Source: Desulfuromonadales bacterium
GTDB taxonomy: Bacteria; Desulfobacterota; Desulfuromonadia; Desulfuromonadales; JAGXHI01
NCBI GenBank assembly: GCA_024636295.1
Contig: JAGXHI010000045.1
Location: 12,637 to 76,636, forward strand
Direction: 5' to 3'
Length of the DNA: 64,000 bases
A program made the translations under genes and the position numbers. The notes under the pieces are model-generated. The model had not been told where the DNA came from, did no database searches, and was given only the letters and a program-made list of their open reading frames with translations. This document shows positions 38,851-48,733 of this stretch, in pieces. Position 1 is the first letter of the stretch; each line of letters opens with the position of its first letter.

Positions 38851-40770
38851 ATGAAATGGCGGTTTTTGCTGGTGTTGCCATTAGTGGGAGGGTGCGCATT
38901 ACACAACGGCCCCGTTCCTTCCGTTCCAGTTTCTGAAACTGTTCCATCCCGCATCGAATCCAAAGTGCTCGAATCCGACGCTGCAGCCGCCGATTCCCTC
39001 CCTGCAATTCTTCCCTCGGGACGGGTGCTCTGGTCGCTTCAAACCGGTTTATTTTTTCCCGAAACCCTTCATGCATACAGTCTCCTGAGTGAAATCGATT
39101 CACTGCCCCTTGATCCCGAGGCGTTGAGCGAGGACCTTCCTGATCCGGAAACGCTCGATGACAATCGGGTGCTTTCAGGTGTCGGCGTGAATCCGCCGGA
39201 AGATGAAGGCAAGACGATCGTCCCCCCCGCTGTTACATACGATTTCCCCGTGGTGGAGAATGAAAAAGTTCGTTACTTCATCGACTATTTCACCGGACCG
39301 GCACGCAAGACCTTTACCCGCTGGATGGAGAGATCGGGGCGATACCTGCCGATGATGAAAACGATTTTCGAGGAGGAAGGGCTGCCCCAGGACCTCGTTT
39401 ATCTGGCCATGGTGGAGTCGGGTTTCAATCCCAGGGCTTACAGCTGGGCTCATGCCGTTGGTCCCTGGCAGTTTATTGCGAGCACCGGAACCATGTACGG
39501 CCTCGAAAGCGACTGGTGGCGGGATGAGCGTCGGGATTTTGAAAAATCCACCCGTGCCGCCGCCCGTTTTCTCAAGCAGCTTTACGTCACCTGGGACGAC
39601 TGGTATCTGGCGGTGGCATCCTACAACGCCGGCGCCGGGAAAATCTCCCGTGCCATAAAAATGTACAACACCCGGGATTTCTGGGAACTGAGCCGTGGTC
39701 GCTATCTGCAGACGGAAACCAAGAATTACGTCCCCAAACTGCTGGCGGTTCTGCTGATCGCCAAAAATCTGGAAGATTACGGATTTCACGACCTCGAATA
39801 TCATTCGCCTCTTTCTTACGAAGTAGTGGAGGTCCCCACTTCCACCGATCTCGAGCTGGTAGCCAAACTCTGCGAAATTGATTACGAAGAAATCAAGGAT
39901 CTGAATCCGGAACTTCTGCGCTGGTGCACTCCGCCGGGAGTCCGGAATTATCCGGTGCGGATTCCGGCGGAAAAAAAGGATATCTTTGAAGAAAAATACT
40001 CCCTTGTTCCTGAAACAGAGCGCGCCAATTACCTTCGGCACCGGATTCGAAGCGGCGATACCTTGCTGGGATTGGCCCATAAATACAATGTGCGGGTTCA
40101 GGATATCAAATCACTGAACAACATCCGGAATCCAAAGGCCCTGCGAATCGGCGCCAATCTGATTCTTCCTCGCAAGGAAGGACTCAGCAGCAAGCCTCTT
40201 GATGAATTGCGCGACGATTATGATCGGACGCGGCGTCGCACATATACGGTTCGCGGGGGAGACAGCCTCTGGTCCATCGGACGTAAATTCAGTATAAGCG
40301 AAAAGCAGTTGCGCGTCTGGAATAAGCTGGGTTGGAGCAACACCATCCGTCCGGGCCAGGTCCTCGCCGTATCTCAAAAGGGCGCCCCGTCACAGTCGCG
40401 CGCAACGTCGACGGCAAAGACCGGAAAGTCCGCCGTTGAGACCAGTTATAAGGTTCGCTCGGGAGATAATCTGTGGAAAATCGCCCGAGCCCATGGAGTC
40501 GGTGTCGACCAGCTTCGCAGCTGGAACAATTTGTCCACGAAGCACGTCCTGCAGCCTGGGGACAGGCTAAAAATCAAGGGAACGGCCTCTTCCGAAGACG
40601 TTCGGAAGATTGTTCACCAGGTCCGATCGGGCGACACGCTTTGGGATATCGGCCGGCATTACGATGTGAGAGCCCGCGAAATCATGGACTGGAACAATCT
40701 TGCGGAAAACCACATTCTCCGCCCCGGCGAGCGGTTGACCATCCTGGTCCCTTCCGGCCAGAAAAGCTGA
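38851..40770 (+). CDS. mltD: MltD-like lytic murein transglycosylase lipoprotein with four LysM domains
   Basis: Lipobox VGGC; LAMVES catalytic Glu, G.WQF, SYNAG, ET.NYVP; four GD.L..I/L LysM repeats. Confidence 0.9.
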   Translation: MKWRFLLVLPLVGGCALHNGPVPSVPVSETVPSRIESKVLESDAAAADSLPAILPSGRVLWSLQTGLFFPETLHAYSLLSEIDSLPLDPEALSEDLPDPETLDDNRVLSGVGVNPPEDEGKTIVPPAVTYDFPVVENEKVRYFIDYFTGPARKTFTRWMERSGRYLPMMKTIFEEEGLPQDLVYLAMVESGFNPRAYSWAHAVGPWQFIASTGTMYGLESDWWRDERRDFEKSTRAAARFLKQLYVTWDDWYLAVASYNAGAGKISRAIKMYNTRDFWELSRGRYLQTETKNYVPKLLAVLLIAKNLEDYGFHDLEYHSPLSYEVVEVPTSTDLELVAKLCEIDYEEIKDLNPELLRWCTPPGVRNYPVRIPAEKKDIFEEKYSLVPETERANYLRHRIRSGDTLLGLAHKYNVRVQDIKSLNNIRNPKALRIGANLILPRKEGLSSKPLDELRDDYDRTRRRTYTVRGGDSLWSIGRKFSISEKQLRVWNKLGWSNTIRPGQVLAVSQKGAPSQSRATSTAKTGKSAVETSYKVRSGDNLWKIARAHGVGVDQLRSWNNLSTKHVLQPGDRLKIKGTASSEDVRKIVHQVRSGDTLWDIGRHYDVRAREIMDWNNLAENHILRPGERLTILVPSGQKS

Positions 40771-40906
40771 GACCGCCGCATCTTGATTCCCTCGTTCGCG
40801 GCCTCCCATATCTTTTTCGGAGGAGGGCGGACGGGGTTTACTTTTGATAAGGACGTTGGTAGACTCACCACGTTTTTAAATCTGCCGAAAGGACTGCACC
40901 CCCCGC

Positions 40907-41632
40907 ATGTACAACCTGCTCATTTCACTGGTATTTTCCACGATCGTCGCACTCTTGGTCGAGTTCTTCACGGATTGGAATTTCTGGATTCCTTCGGCAA
41001 TCGGACTTGTAGTCTTTACGGCGACTTACATTCTGCTTATTCGCCTGATCATGAAAAAGGTCTCGGCTCTGATGGAAACCGCTCAGCGGGATATCCAGGC
41101 GGGCCGTACTGAGAAGGCGGTTCAGAACCTGAAAAGCGGATTTCGGTATGCACGCTGGCAGTTTTACATCCGAGGACAGATCAACGCCCAGATCGGCATG
41201 ATTCTTTATCTGAAGAGAGATTTCGCAGCGGCCATGGAATACCTGCAGAAGGGATTCGTCCGCCACTGGGTGGCCATGGGAATGCTCGGAGTCTCCTACA
41301 TGAAACGCAACAAGCCGGCCAAAATGATCGAAACGTTCGATAAGGCAACAGCGGCCAACAAGAAGGAACCCATGTTGTGGAATTTGTACGCCTTCTGCCT
41401 CGAGCGTATTGGTGAGCGGGATAAAGCCGTTCAGGTTCTGGAAAAAGGGTTGAAAAAGACCGGGGGGGATGAACGGCTTCAGGCAAATCTGGAAGCCCTG
41501 AATACGGGCCGGAAAATGAAGATGAAGGGCTACGGGGACCTCTGGTATCAGTTCCATCTGGAGAAACCCGGTGCTCTTCTTAAACAGCAAACCCGTGCCG
41601 TTCAGGGGCGGCGCAAGATCGTTCGTAGATAA
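40907..41632 (+). CDS. Membrane-anchored TPR-like hypothetical protein
   Basis: Two N-terminal TM helices followed by TPR-like helical repeats. Confidence 0.7.
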   Translation: MYNLLISLVFSTIVALLVEFFTDWNFWIPSAIGLVVFTATYILLIRLIMKKVSALMETAQRDIQAGRTEKAVQNLKSGFRYARWQFYIRGQINAQIGMILYLKRDFAAAMEYLQKGFVRHWVAMGMLGVSYMKRNKPAKMIETFDKATAANKKEPMLWNLYAFCLERIGERDKAVQVLEKGLKKTGGDERLQANLEALNTGRKMKMKGYGDLWYQFHLEKPGALLKQQTRAVQGRRKIVRR

Positions 41633-41634
41633 CG

Positions 41635-42333
41635 ATGGCCGGTCACAAAAAAAAAGGAAAAAGAAAAAGTGTTCGAGGCCCCTTCAGCCAGCTGAAGGGG
41701 TTTCGCGTTTCGGAGCCAGCGGGACTTGAAATCTCGGTGAAGACAGGAAAGGTTCGCCCCCCTTCGGATAAGCCTCCACCGGAGAATGAAGATCTCTTTC
41801 TTCGGGAAATGGCTCGACTGGGAGTTGAGCCTGAAAAAGAAGATGTTTTTTCAACGGAGCAGCGGTCAGGTGAAAGAAAACCTGATGGTGCGGTGGAGAA
41901 GGCTGCAGAGGAAGATATGGAATGGCTCCTGGAGCAGCTGGGACGGCTCGACATTGTATTCGAGGACCGTCATCCGAAAGAGGAAGAAGAGGTTGTATCT
42001 GCCTCCAGGCGCATGAAGCGGCTTCGCCAGGGACGGTTGAAACCGGAGGCCACCCTTGATCTGCACGGATTGGACCGGCATGGCGCGCGCCAGCGGATCC
42101 GTTTCTTTCTCGAAGATATGGTGTGGCAGGGGCGCAAAACTGTTCTTATCATTACGGGGCGTGGACTTGGATCGGGCGAAGAAGGACCGGTTCTTCGCTC
42201 CGAGGCGGAGCGATTTCTTTCGAACGAAGGACGCACTTGGGTTCTGGAGTGGGGAAGAGCGCCGCGCAGTTATGGAGGAGAGGGTGCTCTCATTGCCTTT
42301 CTCCGAAGTCAGGCATCAACTGCAAAGAAATGA
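41635..42333 (+). CDS. Smr domain protein
   Basis: PEATLDLHG, IITGRG..S, GG.GA motifs. Confidence 0.9.
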   Translation: MAGHKKKGKRKSVRGPFSQLKGFRVSEPAGLEISVKTGKVRPPSDKPPPENEDLFLREMARLGVEPEKEDVFSTEQRSGERKPDGAVEKAAEEDMEWLLEQLGRLDIVFEDRHPKEEEEVVSASRRMKRLRQGRLKPEATLDLHGLDRHGARQRIRFFLEDMVWQGRKTVLIITGRGLGSGEEGPVLRSEAERFLSNEGRTWVLEWGRAPRSYGGEGALIAFLRSQASTAKK

Positions 42334-42356
42334 AGGAGCCGCTTTCCGGCTCCTTC
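42332..42356. terminator. Hairpin between convergent smr and rne
   Basis: GAAGGAGCCG-ctttc-CGGCTCCTTC. Confidence 0.6.
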
Positions 42357-42413
42357 TGAATTCTTTCAATAGGGATTAAGACGAGCAGTATGCGTAGCTG
42401 AACCCCGCGTACA

Positions 42414-44945
42414 TCAGCTCTGGGTGTCCTCGGCTTCTGCTTCCGATGTGCCGCCTTGAGATGTTTCCCTTGAATTCTCTCGGGTGGCCTTATTGGAGGT
42501 TTCTGCCGGAACTCCTTTCGGAGTGGATTTTCGCCCTCTGGCGCCCCCTCGCGAACCGGATTTTCTCTTTTCTCCCTGCGGCTTGGAAACCGCATTCACA
42601 GCTGCGTTGGAGGGATCCGGCAGTGCCTCGGAGATCTTCGATTCATCCTGTCCGGAATTATTTCCTTCCTGGTTCTCTGACTTTTGCACAGTCCCTTGTC
42701 GTCGGCTTCCGGCAGATCGGGAAGGCCGCCTTCTTCGGCCTGGTGCGGCTGTTTTATCCGATTCTCCTTCTCCCGCTTCCGGGAGGGAATTCCCCATTGC
42801 GCCAGCCGCTTCCGACTCTTTTGGTTCGGAAGAAACGGTAGCCTCTCCACTTCTTTGATCCTCTTCCAGAGAAAAGTCGAAGGTAAAGATGACCTCCCTT
42901 TGAGGTCTGCGCGCAGGGCGGTTCATAGCTTTCGTTTCGTCGGGCAGGGCCGAGGTGCTCACAGGCTCGGGTGCTTTTTCATCGTCGGTGCGCGATGGTT
43001 TCCTCTCCAGGGCGGAAGACGTTTCTATCCTTTCCTGATTCTGCGGAGAGACCGGGGCGGGAGAGGAGGGCTCCACGACCGAATGCCCGGGCGCCGTTTC
43101 TGTTGAGGCCGAAGATGCAGAGATCGCCTCCTCCGATGCGGCCGGCTTCTTCCGCCTGCGCCTCCTCCTCCTCTTTTTGACTTCTTCTCCCGGAGAGGCG
43201 CCTGTTGTCTCCTGATGCTGTTCCTCCCCCTGGTTCTCTTCGGGGGCAGGAGCGGCCTGAGGAGGAATTTCTTCGGGCGCTGCTTCGGTTGCCGGTTGCG
43301 GCTCCTCGGTGGCGATGGGTTCCTTCTTCTTCCTGCGCCGCTTCCTTTTCTTTTTGGTGGTCTCGTCGCCACTTTCAGAATCTACCGCGGCGAGGGCCTC
43401 CGGGGATTGAACAGGCACTGACGGATGCGCCTCGACCGGCTCCGCGGCCTTGGCCGGCTCTTCCTCCCGTTTGTGGAAAGTAATTTCGGATTGTCCGGCG
43501 ATAAGGTCGGGGCGACCCTTGATGGAAAGAAACAGGTTATGCTGCCTTTCGATCTCCAGGAGTTCCTCGCGCTTCATATTGAGAAGATAGGTGGCTACCT
43601 CCAGGGGAACTTCCCCTTCAATACGGCCGTACTGCCCACGCGCCATGCTGGCATAAACATTACGGAGAAAGGCAATCGCCTGGGCTTCCGGACTCTTGAT
43701 CCGACCGGTTCCTTCGCAATGGGGACAGATCCGGAAGGCTCCTTCCGCCAGGGTGGCCTTAATCCGTTGACGGCTCATTTCAAGCAGGCCGAACTGACTG
43801 ATCTTTCCAACCGTGACACGAGCTTTATCGGCCTTGAGAGCATCCTTCAGGCGTTTTTCAACCTCCCGGATGTGCTTGCGGTCACGCATATCGATAAAGT
43901 CGATGATGATCAGCCCCCCCAAATCCCGCAGACGGAGCTGTCGAGCGACTTCCTCGGCCGCTTCGAGGTTTGTCTTGTAGGCCGTGGCCTCCACGTTCTG
44001 CTCGGAAGACATTTTCCCCGAGTTCACGTCGATTGCCACCAGAGCTTCGGTCGAATCGATGACGATCGATCCCCCCGAAGTCAGGGTGACCTTGTTTTTG
44101 GTTATGGTCTCGATCTGTTCCTCGATCTGATAACGGGAAAAGATGGGACGGCGCTCCTGGTGGAGCTTGACCAGTCGCGCATATTCGGGCATCACGACCT
44201 GGAAAAAATCCACGGCCTCCTGAAAAACCTTTGGATCGTCGACGAGGACTTCCTCCATGTCGGAGCTGAAGTAATCGCGAATGGAGCGGATGACCAGGTT
44301 CGATTCCTTGTAAATCAGGGCGGGCGCGCGTACCTGTTTTTCAATGGTTTGAATTTTTTCCAGCACCCGCAGCAGGTAATTATAGTCTCTTTTCAATTCC
44401 TCCTTTTTCTGTCCGATTCCCGCAGTGCGGACGATGTATCCATTTTCCTTTGAAAGATCGAGGGAATTCATTATTTCCTTCAGCTTTTTTCGCTGGGCTT
44501 CCTCCTCGATTTTTCTGGAAATTCCCTTGGTGTCGCTATCGGGCATCAGAACCATATAACGGCCAGGGAGGGAGAGATAGGTTGTCAGCGCCGCGCCCTT
44601 GGTGCCGCGTTCTTCCTTAACCACCTGGACCAGTATTTCCTGGCCTCTTCGCAGCAGATCATTGATTCGGGGCCTGCTCCGATTTTCCTGGGAGGATTCG
44701 GCCGCTTTGAAAAAGGAGGGATGGATTTCGCCTATCTGGAGGAAACCGAGCCTCTCGGCCCCATAATCGACAAAAGCGGCTTGCAGCCCGGTTTCCACCC
44801 GGACCACCACCGCTTTGTAGACATTTCCACGAGTTTGTTCCCTGCCGGCGATTTCAATATCGAGTTCGGACAGGATGCCGTCATCGACAATGGCCACCCG
44901 GTTTTCTTCGGGATGGGTGGCATTAATCAACATTTTTTTGGTCAT
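42414..44945 (-). CDS. rne: Ribonuclease E (Rne/Rng family) with disordered C-terminal half
   Basis: MLINA...E.RVA, S1 domain, KEERG.KGA, IDVNSG, LRDLGGLI.IDFIDM, CPHC Zn-link, Arg/Lys-rich C-terminal region. Confidence 0.95.
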   Translation of the reverse strand: MTKKMLINATHPEENRVAIVDDGILSELDIEIAGREQTRGNVYKAVVVRVETGLQAAFVDYGAERLGFLQIGEIHPSFFKAAESSQENRSRPRINDLLRRGQEILVQVVKEERGTKGAALTTYLSLPGRYMVLMPDSDTKGISRKIEEEAQRKKLKEIMNSLDLSKENGYIVRTAGIGQKKEELKRDYNYLLRVLEKIQTIEKQVRAPALIYKESNLVIRSIRDYFSSDMEEVLVDDPKVFQEAVDFFQVVMPEYARLVKLHQERRPIFSRYQIEEQIETITKNKVTLTSGGSIVIDSTEALVAIDVNSGKMSSEQNVEATAYKTNLEAAEEVARQLRLRDLGGLIIIDFIDMRDRKHIREVEKRLKDALKADKARVTVGKISQFGLLEMSRQRIKATLAEGAFRICPHCEGTGRIKSPEAQAIAFLRNVYASMARGQYGRIEGEVPLEVATYLLNMKREELLEIERQHNLFLSIKGRPDLIAGQSEITFHKREEEPAKAAEPVEAHPSVPVQSPEALAAVDSESGDETTKKKRKRRRKKKEPIATEEPQPATEAAPEEIPPQAAPAPEENQGEEQHQETTGASPGEEVKKRRRRRRRKKPAASEEAISASSASTETAPGHSVVEPSSPAPVSPQNQERIETSSALERKPSRTDDEKAPEPVSTSALPDETKAMNRPARRPQREVIFTFDFSLEEDQRSGEATVSSEPKESEAAGAMGNSLPEAGEGESDKTAAPGRRRRPSRSAGSRRQGTVQKSENQEGNNSGQDESKISEALPDPSNAAVNAVSKPQGEKRKSGSRGGARGRKSTPKGVPAETSNKATRENSRETSQGGTSEAEAEDTQS

Positions 44946-45456
44946 GAGGTCGTCTCCGGCCGGCCCTCGGGACGGCCATACAAAGTTTTTCGGCGCGCGA
45001 ATTTAAGTCCGTTTCCGGTCGACCCGCCGAATGAAGCAGTCGGCGAGGATTCCATTTCTCGGGTGCGCCGCCGATAAGGGGCGCTTCCCGGAGAGAGGGA
45101 GCCCTGCCTGAAATTCGTGTTTTGCTCTATTTACAAGGGCGTATCGCCCCTGGAGCTCAGAAGGGTTTTATGAAACCTCTGTAAAGTACAAACTATATCA
45201 GACTCCGCGGCATTTGAATAGAGGGATCCAGGGGTACGCCCTCAAACAGATTCTCTTGTCAACTCCAGAGGGGTTGAGGAGGCGCCACAGGGGGTTGCGC
45301 CTGGACAGGTCAAGATGTGAGGATTCCGGAACACCCGGCCGGAGACGCTCATCAGCTTTTCGTGGCCATGAAGACCTGTGAAAGGATAAACGAGAGGGAC
45401 CCGGGCGGGGGATTTGAAGGTTTCCGCCAGAGCTGCATTTGTGTTATAAAAAGACC

Positions 45457-47385
45457 ATGCTTCAGTTGAAAAAAATCACTAAGGATTTCGGTGCACGCCG
45501 CCTTTTTTGCGGTATTGACTGGCATATTCGCCGGAGCGATCGGATCGGTTTGTGCGGAGAGAATGGTGCGGGCAAAACGACCCTGCTCAAGATTCTCGCC
45601 GGAATGATTTCACCAGACGATGGCGAAGTGCAATTCCCCCGGGGCGCAACCTTCGGGTATCTTCCTCAAGACGGTCTGGAACACAGCGGCCATACGCTTT
45701 TTGAAGAAGCGCGCTCGGCTTTCGAAGATCTCCTGGAGATAGAGGAGGAGCTTCGCCGCCTTGAACATTCGATTGCCGAACTCCCCGACGAGGAAGCCCT
45801 TTCACGATACGCGACGCTTCAGGAGATGTTCCGCCAGCGCGACGGATACCTCATGGAGGCCGAGGTCGGGCGCGTACTCCACGGTCTCGGATTCTCCGAA
45901 GGGGACCTGGAAAAACCTTGCAGTCACTTCTCGGGTGGCTGGCAGATGCGAATCGCCCTGGCCAAGCTGCTTCTAAGAAAACCCGACCTGCTGCTTCTGG
46001 ACGAACCCACCAACCACCTGGACCTTCCCGCGCGCGACTGGCTCGAGGATTATCTGCACGGCTATCCCTCGTCCGTCGTTCTGGTCTCCCATGATCGATT
46101 CTTCCTGGACAAGGTCGTGGGCAAGATCGTGGAAGTCTGGAACGGCGAGCTGAGTGAATATCCCGGCAATTACAGTACATATCTCCGGGAGCGCGAACAG
46201 AGGATCGCCGCACTGAAGGAGGCGAAGGTGCGTCAGGATGAGGAAATCGGACGCATAGAAGCATTTGTCCAGCGTTTTCGATACCAGGCCAATAAAGCCT
46301 CCCTGGTACAGAGTCGCGTCAAGCAACTTGAAAAAATTGAACCGATCCGGATCCCTCCGTCCCGAAAGAGAATCGCATTTCGATTTCCGCCGCCGCCCAA
46401 GGGCGGCAAAAAGCTCCTGGAACTCTCCGGAATCGAACACGGCTACGGCGATCTCTCCGTGCTGAACGGTGTCAATCTCACGGTGGAACGGGGCGAGCGG
46501 ATCGCCCTGGTGGGAGCGAACGGAGCGGGAAAATCCACGCTGATGCGTCTGCTGGCGGGAGTGGAGGGCCCCCGGCGGGGTTGCCGCATTGAGGGTCACA
46601 ATCTTGTCGCGGCTTATTTCGCCCAGGATCAGGCCAGAATTCTTAACCCCGAATGGAATGTGCTGGAAGAAATCACCCGGGCGGCGCCCTTCGACATGGT
46701 CCCGAAGGTGCGAGATATTCTGGGATCCTTTCTGTTCTCCGGAGACGATGTCCACAAAAAAACCGCCGTTCTCTCAGGCGGGGAACGCAACCGTCTGGCT
46801 TTGGCCATTCTTCTGCTGCGCCCGGCGAATCTGCTTCTGCTGGATGAGCCGACCAATCATCTCGACCTGCAATCCAAGGACGTGCTCCTCCATTCCCTGA
46901 AGGGATATTCGGGCTCTCTCGTTTTCGTTTCACACGACCGCTATTTCGTCGACGCCCTGGCCAACCGGGTGATTGCTGTCGGTGACGGCGGGATAGAATC
47001 TCATCCCGGCAATTATGAGGATTTTCTTCGGAGCAGGGTCGCAAAGGGAGAAACCGGCCACAGCGAACTTCGGGTGGAGCAGGTCGCGGTGAAGGCGCCG
47101 GCCGGCGCCGAAACAGGTGGGGAGGGAGAACGCCTCTCCTACGAAGAACGAAAAGAGACGAAAAAACTCGAACGACGCCGGCAGAAGGAACTGGAGGAAG
47201 TTGAAACGACCATCGAGAAGCTTGAAGGAGAACTGAGCGACCTGGAGCGGGAGATGTCCGATCCGGCATTGTATCAGGATGGTGCACGGGCGCGCACTTT
47301 CTCTCTGCGTCATCAGGAAATACAGGAGCAAATAGCTGATTTATATGTAAAGTGGGAAAATTTGAACTTGGCCGATACGGCCTGA
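45457..47385 (+). CDS. ABC-F family ATPase (ribosome-associated) with C-terminal coiled coil
   Basis: Two ABC domains (GENGAGKTT/FSGGW/LLLDEPTNHLD and GANGAGKST/LSGGE/DEPTNHLD); no TM segments. Confidence 0.95.
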   Translation: MLQLKKITKDFGARRLFCGIDWHIRRSDRIGLCGENGAGKTTLLKILAGMISPDDGEVQFPRGATFGYLPQDGLEHSGHTLFEEARSAFEDLLEIEEELRRLEHSIAELPDEEALSRYATLQEMFRQRDGYLMEAEVGRVLHGLGFSEGDLEKPCSHFSGGWQMRIALAKLLLRKPDLLLLDEPTNHLDLPARDWLEDYLHGYPSSVVLVSHDRFFLDKVVGKIVEVWNGELSEYPGNYSTYLREREQRIAALKEAKVRQDEEIGRIEAFVQRFRYQANKASLVQSRVKQLEKIEPIRIPPSRKRIAFRFPPPPKGGKKLLELSGIEHGYGDLSVLNGVNLTVERGERIALVGANGAGKSTLMRLLAGVEGPRRGCRIEGHNLVAAYFAQDQARILNPEWNVLEEITRAAPFDMVPKVRDILGSFLFSGDDVHKKTAVLSGGERNRLALAILLLRPANLLLLDEPTNHLDLQSKDVLLHSLKGYSGSLVFVSHDRYFVDALANRVIAVGDGGIESHPGNYEDFLRSRVAKGETGHSELRVEQVAVKAPAGAETGGEGERLSYEERKETKKLERRRQKELEEVETTIEKLEGELSDLEREMSDPALYQDGARARTFSLRHQEIQEQIADLYVKWENLNLADTA

Positions 47386-47398
47386 ATTGGTGAAGGGA

Positions 47399-48703
47399 AT
47401 GGACAGGGAAGAACCTTTCGTCGTGACGGTAGCCAGTGAAAAGGGGGGGGTGGGGAAAACCACCCTGGCTCTCAATCTGGCCGTTTACCTCAAAGCGCTA
47501 TGCGAGGATCTCCCCGTTACGGTGGCATCCTTCGACAACCATTTCAGCGTGGATGGGATGTTCGCCATCGGTCCGCGCAGAGCCGGAACGGTGGCCGGAT
47601 TGTTCTCCGGCGTTCCAGCCTCTGACCTTGCTCGTCTCGGCGAGTACGGCGTCCAGTTCCTCCCCTCGGCCCGGGATCTCCAGGCGCCGGACGACGATTC
47701 CCTTCACCTCAGGCGCGCCATAGCCCGCTCCGGCCTGCCGGGCCTGATCATTCTGGATACCCGCCCCATTCTTGATTATTTCACCCGCAATGCTCTTTGC
47801 GCGGCCGACCTGATTCTGGTTCCTGTCAAGGACCGTCCATCCCTGGTGAACGTGGCAACCCTCCGTAGCGCTCTGGGAGCACCTGAATCCCAGGATCGGA
47901 TGTGGATTGTACCTTCTCTCGTCGATGGGCGACTGAAACTGAGAAATGGGATCGGCGTGGGGGAATTCCTCACTCTTTCCGCCCGCGAGAGGGGATATCG
48001 GGTCCTCGACTTCTGTATTTCAAAAAGCCCTAAGGTGGAGGGACTGGCAACCGGCTTGTCCGGGCGCATTCATCCCGTCCTGACCCGGGCCCGCTCCACC
48101 GCTGTGCATCAGCAGTTCCGGAAGGTCGCCTCTTTTGTCCTTTCGAAATTCCAGGAGCCCGGCCGCTCCCGTACGACTCTGGAAAAAGCGGGAGAGGCGG
48201 GGAATTTTCCGCCTGGAAAAGTTCGAAAACTGGTTGCGGAGTGCCCCGTGTGCCGGAAAAATTCGACGGAGGATATCGGTCATTTTTTTCTGCATCTTCG
48301 AACCCGGCGGCGGGGGATGCTTCACGGAGCGTGTCTTCATGCTCTTCTTGAAAAACTGGAAACCCCCGCACCCGAGTCCGCCGATATTCTGATCGTGGAA
48401 ACCCCGGAGGAGTATGCCGCCTCTGAGGGGGTGCTTCTGCATTTCTTCGAGAGCGAAGAAGAGGATCTGACCCGCGAGACCCGGGCGGGAAACAGCCGTC
48501 TCCTGTCGGCCTGCCTGGAGGGGGTGATCGGGCGAAAGAGCGAGGAATGGTTTCGCGAGGTGATTTTCGTCTCTTTGGAGGAGAACCGCCTTTCCGGATT
48601 TCTGACCGGAAAGGCGGGAGAAGATTTTATGGCCCTGCGCAGGAAAGCCCTGAGATCGGCTGTCGGAAGAGAACGGCGGACCGGACCCCCCGGGGCGTTC
48701 TGA
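47399..48703 (+). CDS. ParA/MinD-family ATPase with a C-terminal extension carrying CxxC...HxxC
   Basis: Deviant Walker A KGGVGKTT, ILDT.P; C-terminal ECPVC...HGAC. Confidence 0.85.
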   Translation: MDREEPFVVTVASEKGGVGKTTLALNLAVYLKALCEDLPVTVASFDNHFSVDGMFAIGPRRAGTVAGLFSGVPASDLARLGEYGVQFLPSARDLQAPDDDSLHLRRAIARSGLPGLIILDTRPILDYFTRNALCAADLILVPVKDRPSLVNVATLRSALGAPESQDRMWIVPSLVDGRLKLRNGIGVGEFLTLSARERGYRVLDFCISKSPKVEGLATGLSGRIHPVLTRARSTAVHQQFRKVASFVLSKFQEPGRSRTTLEKAGEAGNFPPGKVRKLVAECPVCRKNSTEDIGHFFLHLRTRRRGMLHGACLHALLEKLETPAPESADILIVETPEEYAASEGVLLHFFESEEEDLTRETRAGNSRLLSACLEGVIGRKSEEWFREVIFVSLEENRLSGFLTGKAGEDFMALRRKALRSAVGRERRTGPPGAF

Positions 48704-48733
48704 TGATACGCTCTGTCCCTCTTTTCTTCTTTT

